Positions 1-8,009 of a stretch of DNA of 23,786 nt are shown piece by piece; the stretch's first letter is position 1; each line of letters starts with the position of its first letter. Source of the stretch: Verrucomicrobiota bacterium. Its GTDB lineage: Bacteria; Verrucomicrobiota; Lentisphaeria; Lentisphaerales; Lentisphaeraceae. The stretch spans positions 1 through 23,786 of the forward strand of contig JBDKFG010000074.1 in the NCBI GenBank assembly GCA_039798785.1, given 5' to 3'. The notes beneath the pieces are model-generated. The model was not told where the DNA came from, ran no database searches, and worked only from the letters and a program-made list of their open reading frames with translations. The translations under genes and the position numbers were made by a program.

Positions 1-239
1 TGGGGCAAGAGAACATTCTGGAAGCCCCTCCGGGGCTCGGAACTCGTGGCCTGCAACCCAGGGTTTGTCCTCGTGCCTCGGACTACACCCTGGGCTATCT
101 GCCGGCTGCCCCGCTGGGGCAAGAGAACATTCTGGACGCCCCGCTGGGGCTCGGAACTCGTGGGCCGCAACCCAGGGTTTGTCCTCGTGCCTCGGACTAC
201 ACCCTGGGCTATCTGCCGGCTGCCCCGCTGGGGCAAGAG
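1..239. repeat. 114-bp tandem repeat (about 2.1 copies visible, truncated by window edge) built from REP-like hairpins
   Basis: Unit TGGGGCAAGAG... restarts at 1, 115 and 229; each unit contains CCCAGGGT...ACCCTGGG and GCCCC-GCT-GGGGC palindromes. Confidence 0.9.
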
Positions 240-268
240 GAAGGCATGACGATCGAGTCTCATTGAGC

Positions 269-1348
269 TCACCCCCGCTCCATACACGCCCGGTAGAGGT
301 CCTTCCAATCGGCGCGGTCCTTGACCACGGTGTGGAGGTATTCGCGCCAGACGGCGGCGTCCTGGACGGGGTCGCGGACGACGGCGCCGGTGATGCCGGA
401 GGCGAGGTCGTGGGCGCGGAGCTGGCCGTCGCCGTAGAACGCGGCGAGGGCGAGGCCCTGGGTGACCACCGAGATGGCCTCGGCGGTGGAGAGCGCGCCG
501 GAGGGGGATTTGAGCTGCTGCTTGCCGTCCTCGGTGAGGCCGGAGCGGAGTTCGCGGAAGATGGTGACGATGCGGCGGATCTGATCGAGGGCGCTGAGAT
601 CGTTGGGGATCTCGAGTGCGGCGGCCTGCGAGGCGACGCGGCTGCTGACGATGTGGCATTCCTCGTCGACGCTGGACGGCAGGGGCAGGATGACGGTGTT
701 GAAGCGGCGCATCAGGGCGGCGGACATGTCGTTGACGCCTTTGTCGCGGTTGTTGGCGGTGGCGATGACATTGAAGCCGGGGATGGCCTGGATCTGCATG
801 TCGAGCTCGGGGATGGGCAGGGTCTTTTCCGACAGGATGGTGATCAGGGTGTCCTGCACATCGGCGGGCAGGCGGGTGAGTTCTTCGACGCGGACCAGTC
901 GGCCTTCGCGCATCGAGCTGAGCAGGGGCGAGGGGACGAGGGCGGCTTCGGAGGGGCCTTTGGCGAGCAGGGTGGCGTAATTCCAGCCGTAGCGCAGCGC
1001 GGCTTCGTCGGTGCCGGCGGTGCCTTGGATGAGGCGGGTGGAGTCGCCGGAGATGGCGGCGGCGAGGTGTTCGCTGACCCAGCTCTTGGCGGTGCCCGGG
1101 ACGCCGTAGAGCAGCAGCGCGCGGTCGGTGGCGAGGGTGGCGATGGCGATCTCGATGATGCGCGCCGCGCCGATGTATTTCGGCGAGATCTCGACGCCGT
1201 TGTCAAGCTTGCCGCCGAGCAGGTAGGTGCGCACCGCCCAGGGCGACAGCTGCCAATTGCGCGGCTTGCTGTGTTTGTCGACAGCGCGCAGGGCGGAGAG
1301 TTCACGGGAATAGGCGACTTCGGCATGTTGACGGAGGACTTGGGTCAT
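269..1348 (-). CDS. MoxR-family (YehL-like) AAA+ ATPase, 359 aa
   Basis: Walker A GVPGTAKS, Walker B RVEELTR, IATANNRDKGVNDMSAALMRRF; ATG at 1348 preceded by AAGGAG. Confidence 0.9.
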   Translation of the reverse strand: MTQVLRQHAEVAYSRELSALRAVDKHSKPRNWQLSPWAVRTYLLGGKLDNGVEISPKYIGAARIIEIAIATLATDRALLLYGVPGTAKSWVSEHLAAAISGDSTRLIQGTAGTDEAALRYGWNYATLLAKGPSEAALVPSPLLSSMREGRLVRVEELTRLPADVQDTLITILSEKTLPIPELDMQIQAIPGFNVIATANNRDKGVNDMSAALMRRFNTVILPLPSSVDEECHIVSSRVASQAAALEIPNDLSALDQIRRIVTIFRELRSGLTEDGKQQLKSPSGALSTAEAISVVTQGLALAAFYGDGQLRAHDLASGITGAVVRDPVQDAAVWREYLHTVVKDRADWKDLYRACMERG

Positions 1349-1367
1349 GAGGAGCTCCTTGTTTAGC

Positions 1368-1398
1368 AATTAAGAGTTAAGAATTAAGAGTTAAGAAT
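1368..1398. repeat. Heptamer tandem array (TTAAGAG/TTAAGAA) x4
   Basis: AATTAAGAGTTAAGAATTAAGAGTTAAGAAT read directly. Confidence 0.85.
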
Positions 1399-1448
1399 GG
1401 AACCGCGGAGGGCATGGAGGGCACCGAAAGGGTTTTTGTTCATCTATT

Positions 1449-2532
1449 GGATCGCCGGCGTCCCGCCGGCTGTGTTGGAGTTTTTCTGGCAGCCGGGTGC
1501 ATTCACCCCATAATTTCATGGCAAATTGTTTTTATTTCTTCATTGAGTTCATTGAAATATTGATCCGCAATACAGCCTCCAATTGTTCTGTAATCCATAA
1601 GATGATCTTCATTCGGCAATACAATATCATTTATTTTCCCCATGCTATTAACGAAATGTCTTTTTGAAAATGCGAGAGTAGTAAATAAAACATCATTATT
1701 TTCTTTTGTGCATGAAGCATCAATTGATGTTGCAAGCCATGAAATATAATTTTCGCAAATTGATTTTCTTTTTTGTCGATCTTCTATTTTCTGTTCAATA
1801 AGGACAAGATTTAACTTGTGCGTCTCCACTGTCAGAAAGTGCAATACAAATTGATGATGTAATTCGTCATTCCTAACTATTTTAGGTTCTATATTTTCGT
1901 TATTTACATAGTCATTAGTGATTGTCGGTTCGTAAAGATTTCTGAGATCTTTTGAGGCAGTATCTGGCGTTCTATTCATGTAAACTTTCTCACGCTTCTT
2001 GTTTCTAATTTTAGTTAAGTTCCCATCAACGAATCCTACAGTAACTGCGGTGGCTAACGACAATTTCTTTGCCCCTGGAGATTGAGCGTCAATGTAGTCT
2101 TCAATCATTTTAATCGTAGATTCTAAAACGTCTTTCCAATTATTTCCTACCTCGGATGCTGGAAATCTAAATGGCTTTCCGTTGGATCGAAATGTTTCAT
2201 TGCAGGCCCAGTCTTCATCCAATTTGCTATAAGTATCGGATCCTATCAATTCGATGCACCATGGTTCTGCGAGATTGAAATTATAGGCAGTGATTGATTT
2301 TGGTATTTCTTGCCCCATCACTTTATCCAGCCAATGATTGAATTGTGCTTGGAATTTCACGCTAGGCATATCCATTTTCCTTATGTTTATTGCATTAAAT
2401 GGGGGGCGACTACCGGCTGCCCCGCTGCGGCAGGAAGACGAAACAACGCCGCAAGGATTGCGGCGGCCCCAGATGAACAAACCGGCAGCCGGCGCTCCCA
2501 GGGAACTGCAGTTGGCGGGACGCCGGCGATCC
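1449..2532. repeat. 19-bp perfect inverted REP-like pair flanking the AT-rich gene
   Basis: GGATCGCCGGCGTCCCGCC (1449-1467) is the reverse complement of GGCGGGACGCCGGCGATCC (2514-2532). Confidence 0.8.
1503..2369 (-). CDS. AT-rich hypothetical protein, 288 aa, probably horizontally acquired; N-terminal half immunity-protein-like
   Basis: Long ORF in DNA of roughly one-third GC; ATG at 2369 has AAGGAA about 7 nt upstream; motifs WLD...AYNFNL...LIG...DEDWAC...GFVDG. Confidence 0.8.
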   Translation of the reverse strand: MPSVKFQAQFNHWLDKVMGQEIPKSITAYNFNLAEPWCIELIGSDTYSKLDEDWACNETFRSNGKPFRFPASEVGNNWKDVLESTIKMIEDYIDAQSPGAKKLSLATAVTVGFVDGNLTKIRNKKREKVYMNRTPDTASKDLRNLYEPTITNDYVNNENIEPKIVRNDELHHQFVLHFLTVETHKLNLVLIEQKIEDRQKRKSICENYISWLATSIDASCTKENNDVLFTTLAFSKRHFVNSMGKINDIVLPNEDHLMDYRTIGGCIADQYFNELNEEIKTICHEIMG

Positions 2533-2766
2533 CGAGCAGGAGCTCATGGCCGCCCTCTCGAGTTTTTCTGGCCGCTGATGCATGTCGAGGCGGGCGAGGG
2601 TGAGGAGGAGCGGATCTGCTGTGGTGACGGTGGACACGGATGAGCCTCGGCGCCGGGGTTGCTCGGGAGTTTCTAACAGTATCGGACAAAGCGCGTCGGG
2701 AAGCAAGAGGGCGGGGGTGGATTTTTTGAGCTCAAATCGAGAAGGATCAGAATTCCCCGCCGAGGC

Positions 2767-3630
2767 TCAGCCCAAAGCCGCCACTTCTTCCCGGCTCGGC
2801 GCCCGGCCGTCGCGGACAAACAGAGCCGCGGTGTCGCGGGCAAAAGCCAGCATCTCCGGCAGCGGCAGGCCCAGGCTGCGGGCGACGCAAAAAGCGCCGT
2901 GGAAACAATCGCCGGCGCCGTTGGTGAAGCTGCCGCCGAGAGGACGCGCCGGCAGGGAGAAAAGTTCGCCGTCGATCGACGCCACCAGACCGGCCGAACC
3001 AAGAGTGATCACCACTCGGCGATGCTTCTCGGCCAGCTTCGGCAAGGCCGCCGCGGCGTCGCTGACGCCGGCGAATTCCCGGGCGAAGTTGGACGACACC
3101 ACGGCCCAGTCGCAGAGCTCGAACAAGGCAAGCGATTCAGGACGGCAGGAGCCGCCGTCCAGGACGATCTCGGTCTTCTGAAGCCGGGCTTCGGCGATCA
3201 AGCGGCGCGCCGCCAAGGGGGCGAGATGTCCGTCGAAAAGCAGGGTGGCGCAATCGGCGGGGAGCGCGGCGTAGACGTCGGGCAGGGCCTCGCTGTGGGG
3301 ACGGAAGCTGGCTAGGCAGCGCGAGGCATCGGGCTTGCTAAAAACTGCGGATTCCGCACTTGGGAGATCGTCGCTGATCACCGCTCCGTCGTCGAGCCCG
3401 GCTTCGCGCAGGAGCTGGCGCAACTGCATTCCGGTGGCGTCGCGTCCGGTGCGGGCGCAGAGCCAGGCTTCACAGCCGAGACGGGCCGCGGTCATCGCCG
3501 CGCCGGTGGCCGGACCACCGGGACGCACCAGCAGGGATTCGGCCCGGACTTTTTCGTCCGGACCAGGCTGGTGCGGCAGGGAATAGATGCGGTCAAGATT
3601 AAGCAGTCCGGCGAAGGCGAGTTTGGGCAT
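2767..3630 (-). CDS. PfkB/ribokinase-family carbohydrate kinase, 287 aa
   Basis: PGGPATGAAMTAARLG (N-terminal signature), VITLGSAG, TNGAGDCFHGAF (C-terminal signature). Confidence 0.9.
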   Translation of the reverse strand: MPKLAFAGLLNLDRIYSLPHQPGPDEKVRAESLLVRPGGPATGAAMTAARLGCEAWLCARTGRDATGMQLRQLLREAGLDDGAVISDDLPSAESAVFSKPDASRCLASFRPHSEALPDVYAALPADCATLLFDGHLAPLAARRLIAEARLQKTEIVLDGGSCRPESLALFELCDWAVVSSNFAREFAGVSDAAAALPKLAEKHRRVVITLGSAGLVASIDGELFSLPARPLGGSFTNGAGDCFHGAFCVARSLGLPLPEMLAFARDTAALFVRDGRAPSREEVAALG

Positions 3631-3694
3631 GGGGGTCTCTAGGCGTTTATGACTTGGCAGATATCTTACCCGACACCAAAGCCAAGGAAAATCC

Positions 3695-4138
3695 ATGAAG
3701 ATCGCCATCGCCAGTGACCACGCCGCCTTCGAATTCAACCGCCAGCTCACCACCTGGCTGCAGGCCCATGGCCACGAAGTGGTGAACTTCGGCTGCAACG
3801 GCACCGAGAGCTGCGACTATCCCGATTTCGGCATCCCCGCCGTCCAGGCGCTTGTCGCCGGCAAGGTCGAGCGCACCATCCTGTGCTGCAACAACGGCAT
3901 CGGCATGAGCATCCTCGCCAACAAGATCCCCGGCGCCGTCGCCGCCCTTGTCTACAACGAGGAATGCGCCCGCATGACCCGTGAGCACCACAACTCCAAC
4001 GTCCTCTGCCTCGGCGCCCAGCAGTTCCCCGCCGAACGCCTGATCGAATTCGTCCGCCTCTGGCTCGAAACCGAATTCGCCGGCGGCCGCCACGAACGCC
4101 GCATCGCCAAGGCCCGGGCGCTGGATAGCAAAGTTTAA
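3695..4138 (+). CDS. rpiB: Ribose-5-phosphate isomerase B (RpiB/LacAB family)
   Basis: MKIAIASDHA, CDYPD, CNNGIGMSILANK, EHHNSNVLCLG, FAGGRHERRI; AAGGAA RBS. Confidence 0.93.
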   Translation: MKIAIASDHAAFEFNRQLTTWLQAHGHEVVNFGCNGTESCDYPDFGIPAVQALVAGKVERTILCCNNGIGMSILANKIPGAVAALVYNEECARMTREHHNSNVLCLGAQQFPAERLIEFVRLWLETEFAGGRHERRIAKARALDSKV

Positions 4139-4243
4139 GGTTCCAAGTTTAAAGTTTAAGGTTCCAAGGCAGCTGCTTAGCCTTGCCTATGATCTTAAAC
4201 TTGAAACCTCATGCCTTAAACTTTAAACCTTAAACTTTAAACT
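4131..4243. repeat. Inverted pair of heptamer arrays (AAGTTTA/AGGTTCC versus TAAACTT/TAAACCT)
   Basis: Left arm 4131-4168, right arm 4194-4243; AGTTTAAAGTTTAAGG pairs with CCTTAAACTTTAAACT. Confidence 0.85.
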
Positions 4244-4254
4244 CGAGCCCTCTC

Positions 4255-5541
4255 ATGCGCCACAACGAAACCACCGATCTGCTGCACTTCATCGATGCCT
4301 CGCCCACCCCTTATCACGCCGTCGCCGAGTGCGCTCAGCGCCTGCGCAACGCCGGCTTTCGCGAACTCCGCGAAACCGAGGCCTGGAGCCTGAAGGGCGG
4401 CGACGCCTGCTTCGTCGTCCGCAACGAAGCCTCGATCATCGCCTTCCGCGTGCCGAAAAAAGTCAGCGCCGCCACCCTCGCCTTCAACCTCGTCGGCGCC
4501 CACACCGATTCCCCTTGCTTCAAGCTCAAGCCCAATCCCCAGGCCAGCTCGCCCGGCAACTGGCAGCAATGGGGCGCCGAAACCTACGGCGGATTGCTCC
4601 TCAACTCCTGGCTCGACCGCGACTTGTTTCTCTCCGGCCGCGTCTGCGTGATGACCAAAAACGGCGTCGAATCGCGCCTGATCTCGCTGACCAAACACCG
4701 CTACCGCATCCCGCAGCTCGCCATCCACCTCGATCGCGGCGTCAACGACAACGGTCTCAAGCTCAATCCCCAGACCCAGATGGCTCCGGTCATCGGCCTC
4801 AGCGACGGCAACGCCGGCAACCTGATGGGCGAGATCGCGGCCGCCGCCAAAGCCAAGCCGGAGGAGATCGGCGCCTTCGATCTGTATTTCCACGACGCCC
4901 AGCCCTCGGAATACGGCGGTCTGCACGATGAATTCATCTACGCTCCCCGTCTCGACAACCTCGCTTCGACCCATGCCGGCCTGAGCGCCCTGATTGGCGC
5001 CAAGCCCGGCAAGACGGTGTCGCTCTTCGCCAGCTTCGACCACGAAGAAGTCGGCTCGGAGTCGCAACAAGGCGCCGCCTCCAACATGCTGCCCGCCGTG
5101 CTCGAGCGCATCAGTCTGGCCCTCGGCGTCAGCCGCGACGAACAGCACGCTGCCGCCGCCCGTTCCTTCATGATCTCCAGCGACATGGCGCACGCCCTCC
5201 ACCCCAACTACGCCGGTCAGCACGAGCCCGACCACAAGCCCCTGGTCAACCGCGGCCCCGCCCTGAAGAGCAACGCCAAGATGCGCTACGCCAGCGATGC
5301 CCCCGGCATCGCCCGCTTCACCGCCCTCTGCCGCAGCGCCGAAGTGCCCCTGCAGACCTTCGTCTCCCGCAACGACTGCCCCTGCGGCTCGACCATCGGC
5401 CCGATCTGCTCCACCCGTCTCGGCATCCAGGCGGTCGACATCGGCAACCCGATGCTCTCCATGCACTCCGCCCGCGAGATGGCCGGCAGCGACGACCATC
5501 CTCGCCTGATCAAGGTATTCAAGCTGTTCTTCGGCGAGTGA
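4255..5541 (+). CDS. apeB: M18-family (aspartyl) aminopeptidase, 428 aa
   Basis: GAHTDSP, RLDNL, FDHEEVGS, SDMAHALHPNY, PCGSTIGP, LSMHSARE metal-binding motifs. Confidence 0.92.
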   Translation: MRHNETTDLLHFIDASPTPYHAVAECAQRLRNAGFRELRETEAWSLKGGDACFVVRNEASIIAFRVPKKVSAATLAFNLVGAHTDSPCFKLKPNPQASSPGNWQQWGAETYGGLLLNSWLDRDLFLSGRVCVMTKNGVESRLISLTKHRYRIPQLAIHLDRGVNDNGLKLNPQTQMAPVIGLSDGNAGNLMGEIAAAAKAKPEEIGAFDLYFHDAQPSEYGGLHDEFIYAPRLDNLASTHAGLSALIGAKPGKTVSLFASFDHEEVGSESQQGAASNMLPAVLERISLALGVSRDEQHAAAARSFMISSDMAHALHPNYAGQHEPDHKPLVNRGPALKSNAKMRYASDAPGIARFTALCRSAEVPLQTFVSRNDCPCGSTIGPICSTRLGIQAVDIGNPMLSMHSAREMAGSDDHPRLIKVFKLFFGE

Positions 5542-5559
5542 TGCCGACGACATCTGCGC

Positions 5560-5592
5560 AAACTCCCGCCACTGACATGGCGGGAGTTTTTC
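5560..5592 (+). terminator. Rho-independent terminator
   Basis: AAACTCCCGCCA-loop-TGGCGGGAGTTT followed by TT, just after the M18 stop. Confidence 0.85.
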
Positions 5593-5671
5593 TGTGGAGA
5601 AAAATTTGGCATCCGGGTCGCGCCGGGATTATGTTCTACAAGCTATAAGACTCAAACCACAGGATCCCCGC

Positions 5672-6175
5672 ATGCTTCACAGAAAAATCCCGTCCCTATT
5701 TTGCTCTTCATTGCTGCTTGCCGCATTTGTCTTTTCCTGCGGCAGCATTCCTGACCAGCACCACGAGGAACGCATCTATATCGCCAAGGTAGATTACAGC
5801 GACATCATCCGGGAAATCGGATTCAAACTCCGCGATCGCGACATCCAAGTCCAAAGCAATGAGGAAGTCACACAGTACTTGCAGCGAGGCATCCCTCTCG
5901 GGGTTCACTTTTATGCCACCTCCGGCCTGACACTGGAATCAGTCGCAGGATATGGCGTCACCCAGGTTTGCGCCGACCTCTACCAAAAGAAGCGCAAGAT
6001 AGGCATCGTGAAGATCCTGCTCTTTCCCACACGCTATGAGGTCAGGACATCGTTAGAGAGCAACCCCAGTAAACTCATTTTCGAGCCCTATATCGACTAT
6101 GTTCTTGAAGTCGATGGTCAGGAGCCCGTGACCAGAAAACTGTATCTTTCGCCGATCCGATCCAAACCGAAATAA
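5672..6175 (+). CDS. Hypothetical lipoprotein, 167 aa
   Basis: Hydrophobic N-terminus ending LLLAAFVFS-C; AGGA upstream of ATG 5672; followed by a terminator. Confidence 0.7.
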   Translation: MLHRKIPSLFCSSLLLAAFVFSCGSIPDQHHEERIYIAKVDYSDIIREIGFKLRDRDIQVQSNEEVTQYLQRGIPLGVHFYATSGLTLESVAGYGVTQVCADLYQKKRKIGIVKILLFPTRYEVRTSLESNPSKLIFEPYIDYVLEVDGQEPVTRKLYLSPIRSKPK

Positions 6176-6189
6176 AGAGTTTCGGCCTT

Positions 6190-6224
6190 GAAAAACCCGG
6201 CTTCACCCGCCGGGTTTTTCTTTT
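6190..6224 (+). terminator. Rho-independent terminator
   Basis: GAAAAACCCGG-loop-CCGGGTTTTTC then TTTT. Confidence 0.85.
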
Positions 6225-6258
6225 GCGATCGCCGCAGCCCCAACTAGGTTCCTCCAAC

Positions 6259-6318
6259 TTGACTTATAAGTACTGTTGCAAGAGAGCTGATTTAGGGCAT
6301 ACTGCACTTATAAGTGCA
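6259..6318 (+). promoter_or_regulatory. hipA-HTH promoter with two palindromic operators
   Basis: ACTTATAAGT (6262-6271) and TGCACTTATAAGTGCA (6303-6318) bracket TTGCAA-N16-CATACT (6276-6303). Confidence 0.7.
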
Positions 6319-6331
6319 AATGGAGGACGTC

Positions 6332-7585
6332 ATGGACGCCAGTCAAGTCAGCATTGAGATAGAGATTTCCGTGAATGGCGAGTGGCGACTGCTGGGCCGA
6401 TTGGACCGCGGACTGACTCGTGTGGAGCTCAACTACGACATCAATTACGCCTGCGATCACATCGGCCAGGCCGTTTTTGGCGTCAGCCTGGCTCATCCAC
6501 CTGATTTTTCCGGGGCATCTTTCAGCGGGCTCCCTCCCTTCGTCTACGACTACATGGGCGGGGGCTTTGCCAAGGAGTTGCGACAGGCCGGGAGAGCTAA
6601 CACTTTGACAGAGTGGGATCACCTGAAAACCTCCTACAATCCCCAAGGGAATTTACGATTCCTCACCTTTGGCACTCACCGTCATGAGATGGATGCTATC
6701 AGGCGCAATAACGCGGCTACCTGGAAGTTGGAATCGCTCAAGACCTTGACTTATGAAGCCAATGGCCAGCAGCAAGCCCTTTTCCAGGGCAACAGCGACA
6801 CACAAGGCAACTGCCCGAAGCTATGGGTCGTGATCAAGGGCGACGAGGCTCATGCTGACTTCGGCCTTGATCAACCAGGTGAATTCTGCTTGTTGAAATT
6901 CCCGCGCGGCAAGCGCTCGAAGATGCAGGAGATCCTGCGTCTTGAAGCTCCTTATTTGGAAGTGGCGCGAGCCTTGGGCCTGCATGTCGGGGCGCCGCTA
7001 AGAGTTCACGGAAAAGTCTTGCTCATCCCGAGGTTTGACCGCTTCTGGCGCGACGGCAAGGTCATCCGCCTAGGCCAGGAAAGCCTGTTCTCCGCCGCAC
7101 AAGTTCCCGGCCAGCAAGCCGGGGTCGATCATTGGCGCTATTGCGATGTCATCACGAAATTCAGCTGCCAGCCCGCAAAGGACCTGCTGGAATACCTCCG
7201 CCGCGACATTTTGAATCTTTGCATGCGGAACCCTGACAATCACGGGCGCAACAACGCGTTCCTGAAAGACCCGGTGAACGGCGTCACTTTGAGCCCGCTT
7301 TATGATTTTGCGCCGATGTATCTCGATGACAACGTGATTCCCCGCTGCACCCGATGGGGCGGATACGAACGTTATGAAGGCGAGGTCGACTGGCAGGGAG
7401 TTCTGGCTCAGCTGCAGCAGCGCTACGGCTTTGAAAAAACCACCTTGCAGCCTTTTGTCGCGGCCTTGGCAGAGCTGCCGCAGACCTGTGAGCAGCAGGG
7501 CTTGCCGTCGCAGCGAATTGCTGATTGCCGCGATGCCTGGCAGCGTCAACTTGGCTCCTTGCAACAAGCCGTGGTGGCCGGATGA
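6332..7585 (+). CDS. hipA: HipA-family Ser/Thr kinase toxin, 417 aa
   Basis: LLKFP, LLIPRFDR, NPDNHGRN (catalytic Asp), LSPLYDF; GGAGG RBS before ATG 6332. Confidence 0.88.
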   Translation: MDASQVSIEIEISVNGEWRLLGRLDRGLTRVELNYDINYACDHIGQAVFGVSLAHPPDFSGASFSGLPPFVYDYMGGGFAKELRQAGRANTLTEWDHLKTSYNPQGNLRFLTFGTHRHEMDAIRRNNAATWKLESLKTLTYEANGQQQALFQGNSDTQGNCPKLWVVIKGDEAHADFGLDQPGEFCLLKFPRGKRSKMQEILRLEAPYLEVARALGLHVGAPLRVHGKVLLIPRFDRFWRDGKVIRLGQESLFSAAQVPGQQAGVDHWRYCDVITKFSCQPAKDLLEYLRRDILNLCMRNPDNHGRNNAFLKDPVNGVTLSPLYDFAPMYLDDNVIPRCTRWGGYERYEGEVDWQGVLAQLQQRYGFEKTTLQPFVAALAELPQTCEQQGLPSQRIADCRDAWQRQLGSLQQAVVAG

Positions 7586-7854
7586 AGACAGGCACGCGTC
7601 CAACTCAAGAAGAGTTTTTGGCTCGCCGTTCCCTGCTGATGGCGGATTTGGCGCTCAATCGCCTGACATTGGCGGAAACGGTCAAGCGTTGTCGCCACTG
7701 CGTTGGCGCGAGTCAATCGGATTACGCCAAGATGACCGGCGTCCCGGTGCGGATCATCTCTTCCATTGAGCAAGGAAAGGGCAATCCCACGTTGAGCACG
7801 CTGGAGCGCCTGGGCAAGCCATTTAAGCTTGGCTTGGCGTTCAAACCGGTTTGA
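7582..7854 (+). CDS. XRE/Cro HTH protein, probable antitoxin or repressor of the hipA operon, 90 aa
   Basis: SQSDYAKMTGVPVRIISSIEQGKGNPTLSTLERLG; ATGA overlap with the hipA stop. Confidence 0.88.
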   Translation: MKTGTRPTQEEFLARRSLLMADLALNRLTLAETVKRCRHCVGASQSDYAKMTGVPVRIISSIEQGKGNPTLSTLERLGKPFKLGLAFKPV

Positions 7855-7906
7855 GCCGGCAGCGCCTGAATCGCCGCGTCAGTTATCCCGAGCTGAAGCG
7901 CTCTTG

Positions 7907-7940
7907 GAAATCCCGGCCGCATCGGCCGGGGTTTCTTTTT
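7907..7940 (+). terminator. Rho-independent terminator
   Basis: GAAATCCCGGCCG-CAT-CGGCCGGGGTTTC then TTTTT. Confidence 0.85.
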
Positions 7941-8009
7941 CGAGCCGAACCCTTGCTTTGCGATCGCCGCGGATTTAAGCTGACAAGACCACCCGAAGGA
8001 ATCCTCATC

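Noticed and set aside
1..239. Possible CRISPR array
   Set aside because: Whole 114-bp units are near-identical, with no unique spacers and no cas genes.
65..1366. 433-aa plus-strand ORF
   Set aside because: Antisense shadow of the MoxR gene, extended into the tandem repeat; typical of high-GC DNA.
1503..2480. Upstream start at 2480, and integron-cassette interpretation
   Set aside because: The extra N-terminus translates GC-rich repeats and the RBS supports 2369. No convincing attC (RYYYAAC...GTTRRRY) is visible after the gene.
2310..2766. Several short overlapping ORFs
   Set aside because: They translate REP-rich intergenic DNA or overlap real genes and show no protein-like motifs.
4237..5553. 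438-aa minus-strand ORF
   Set aside because: Antisense shadow of the M18 aminopeptidase.
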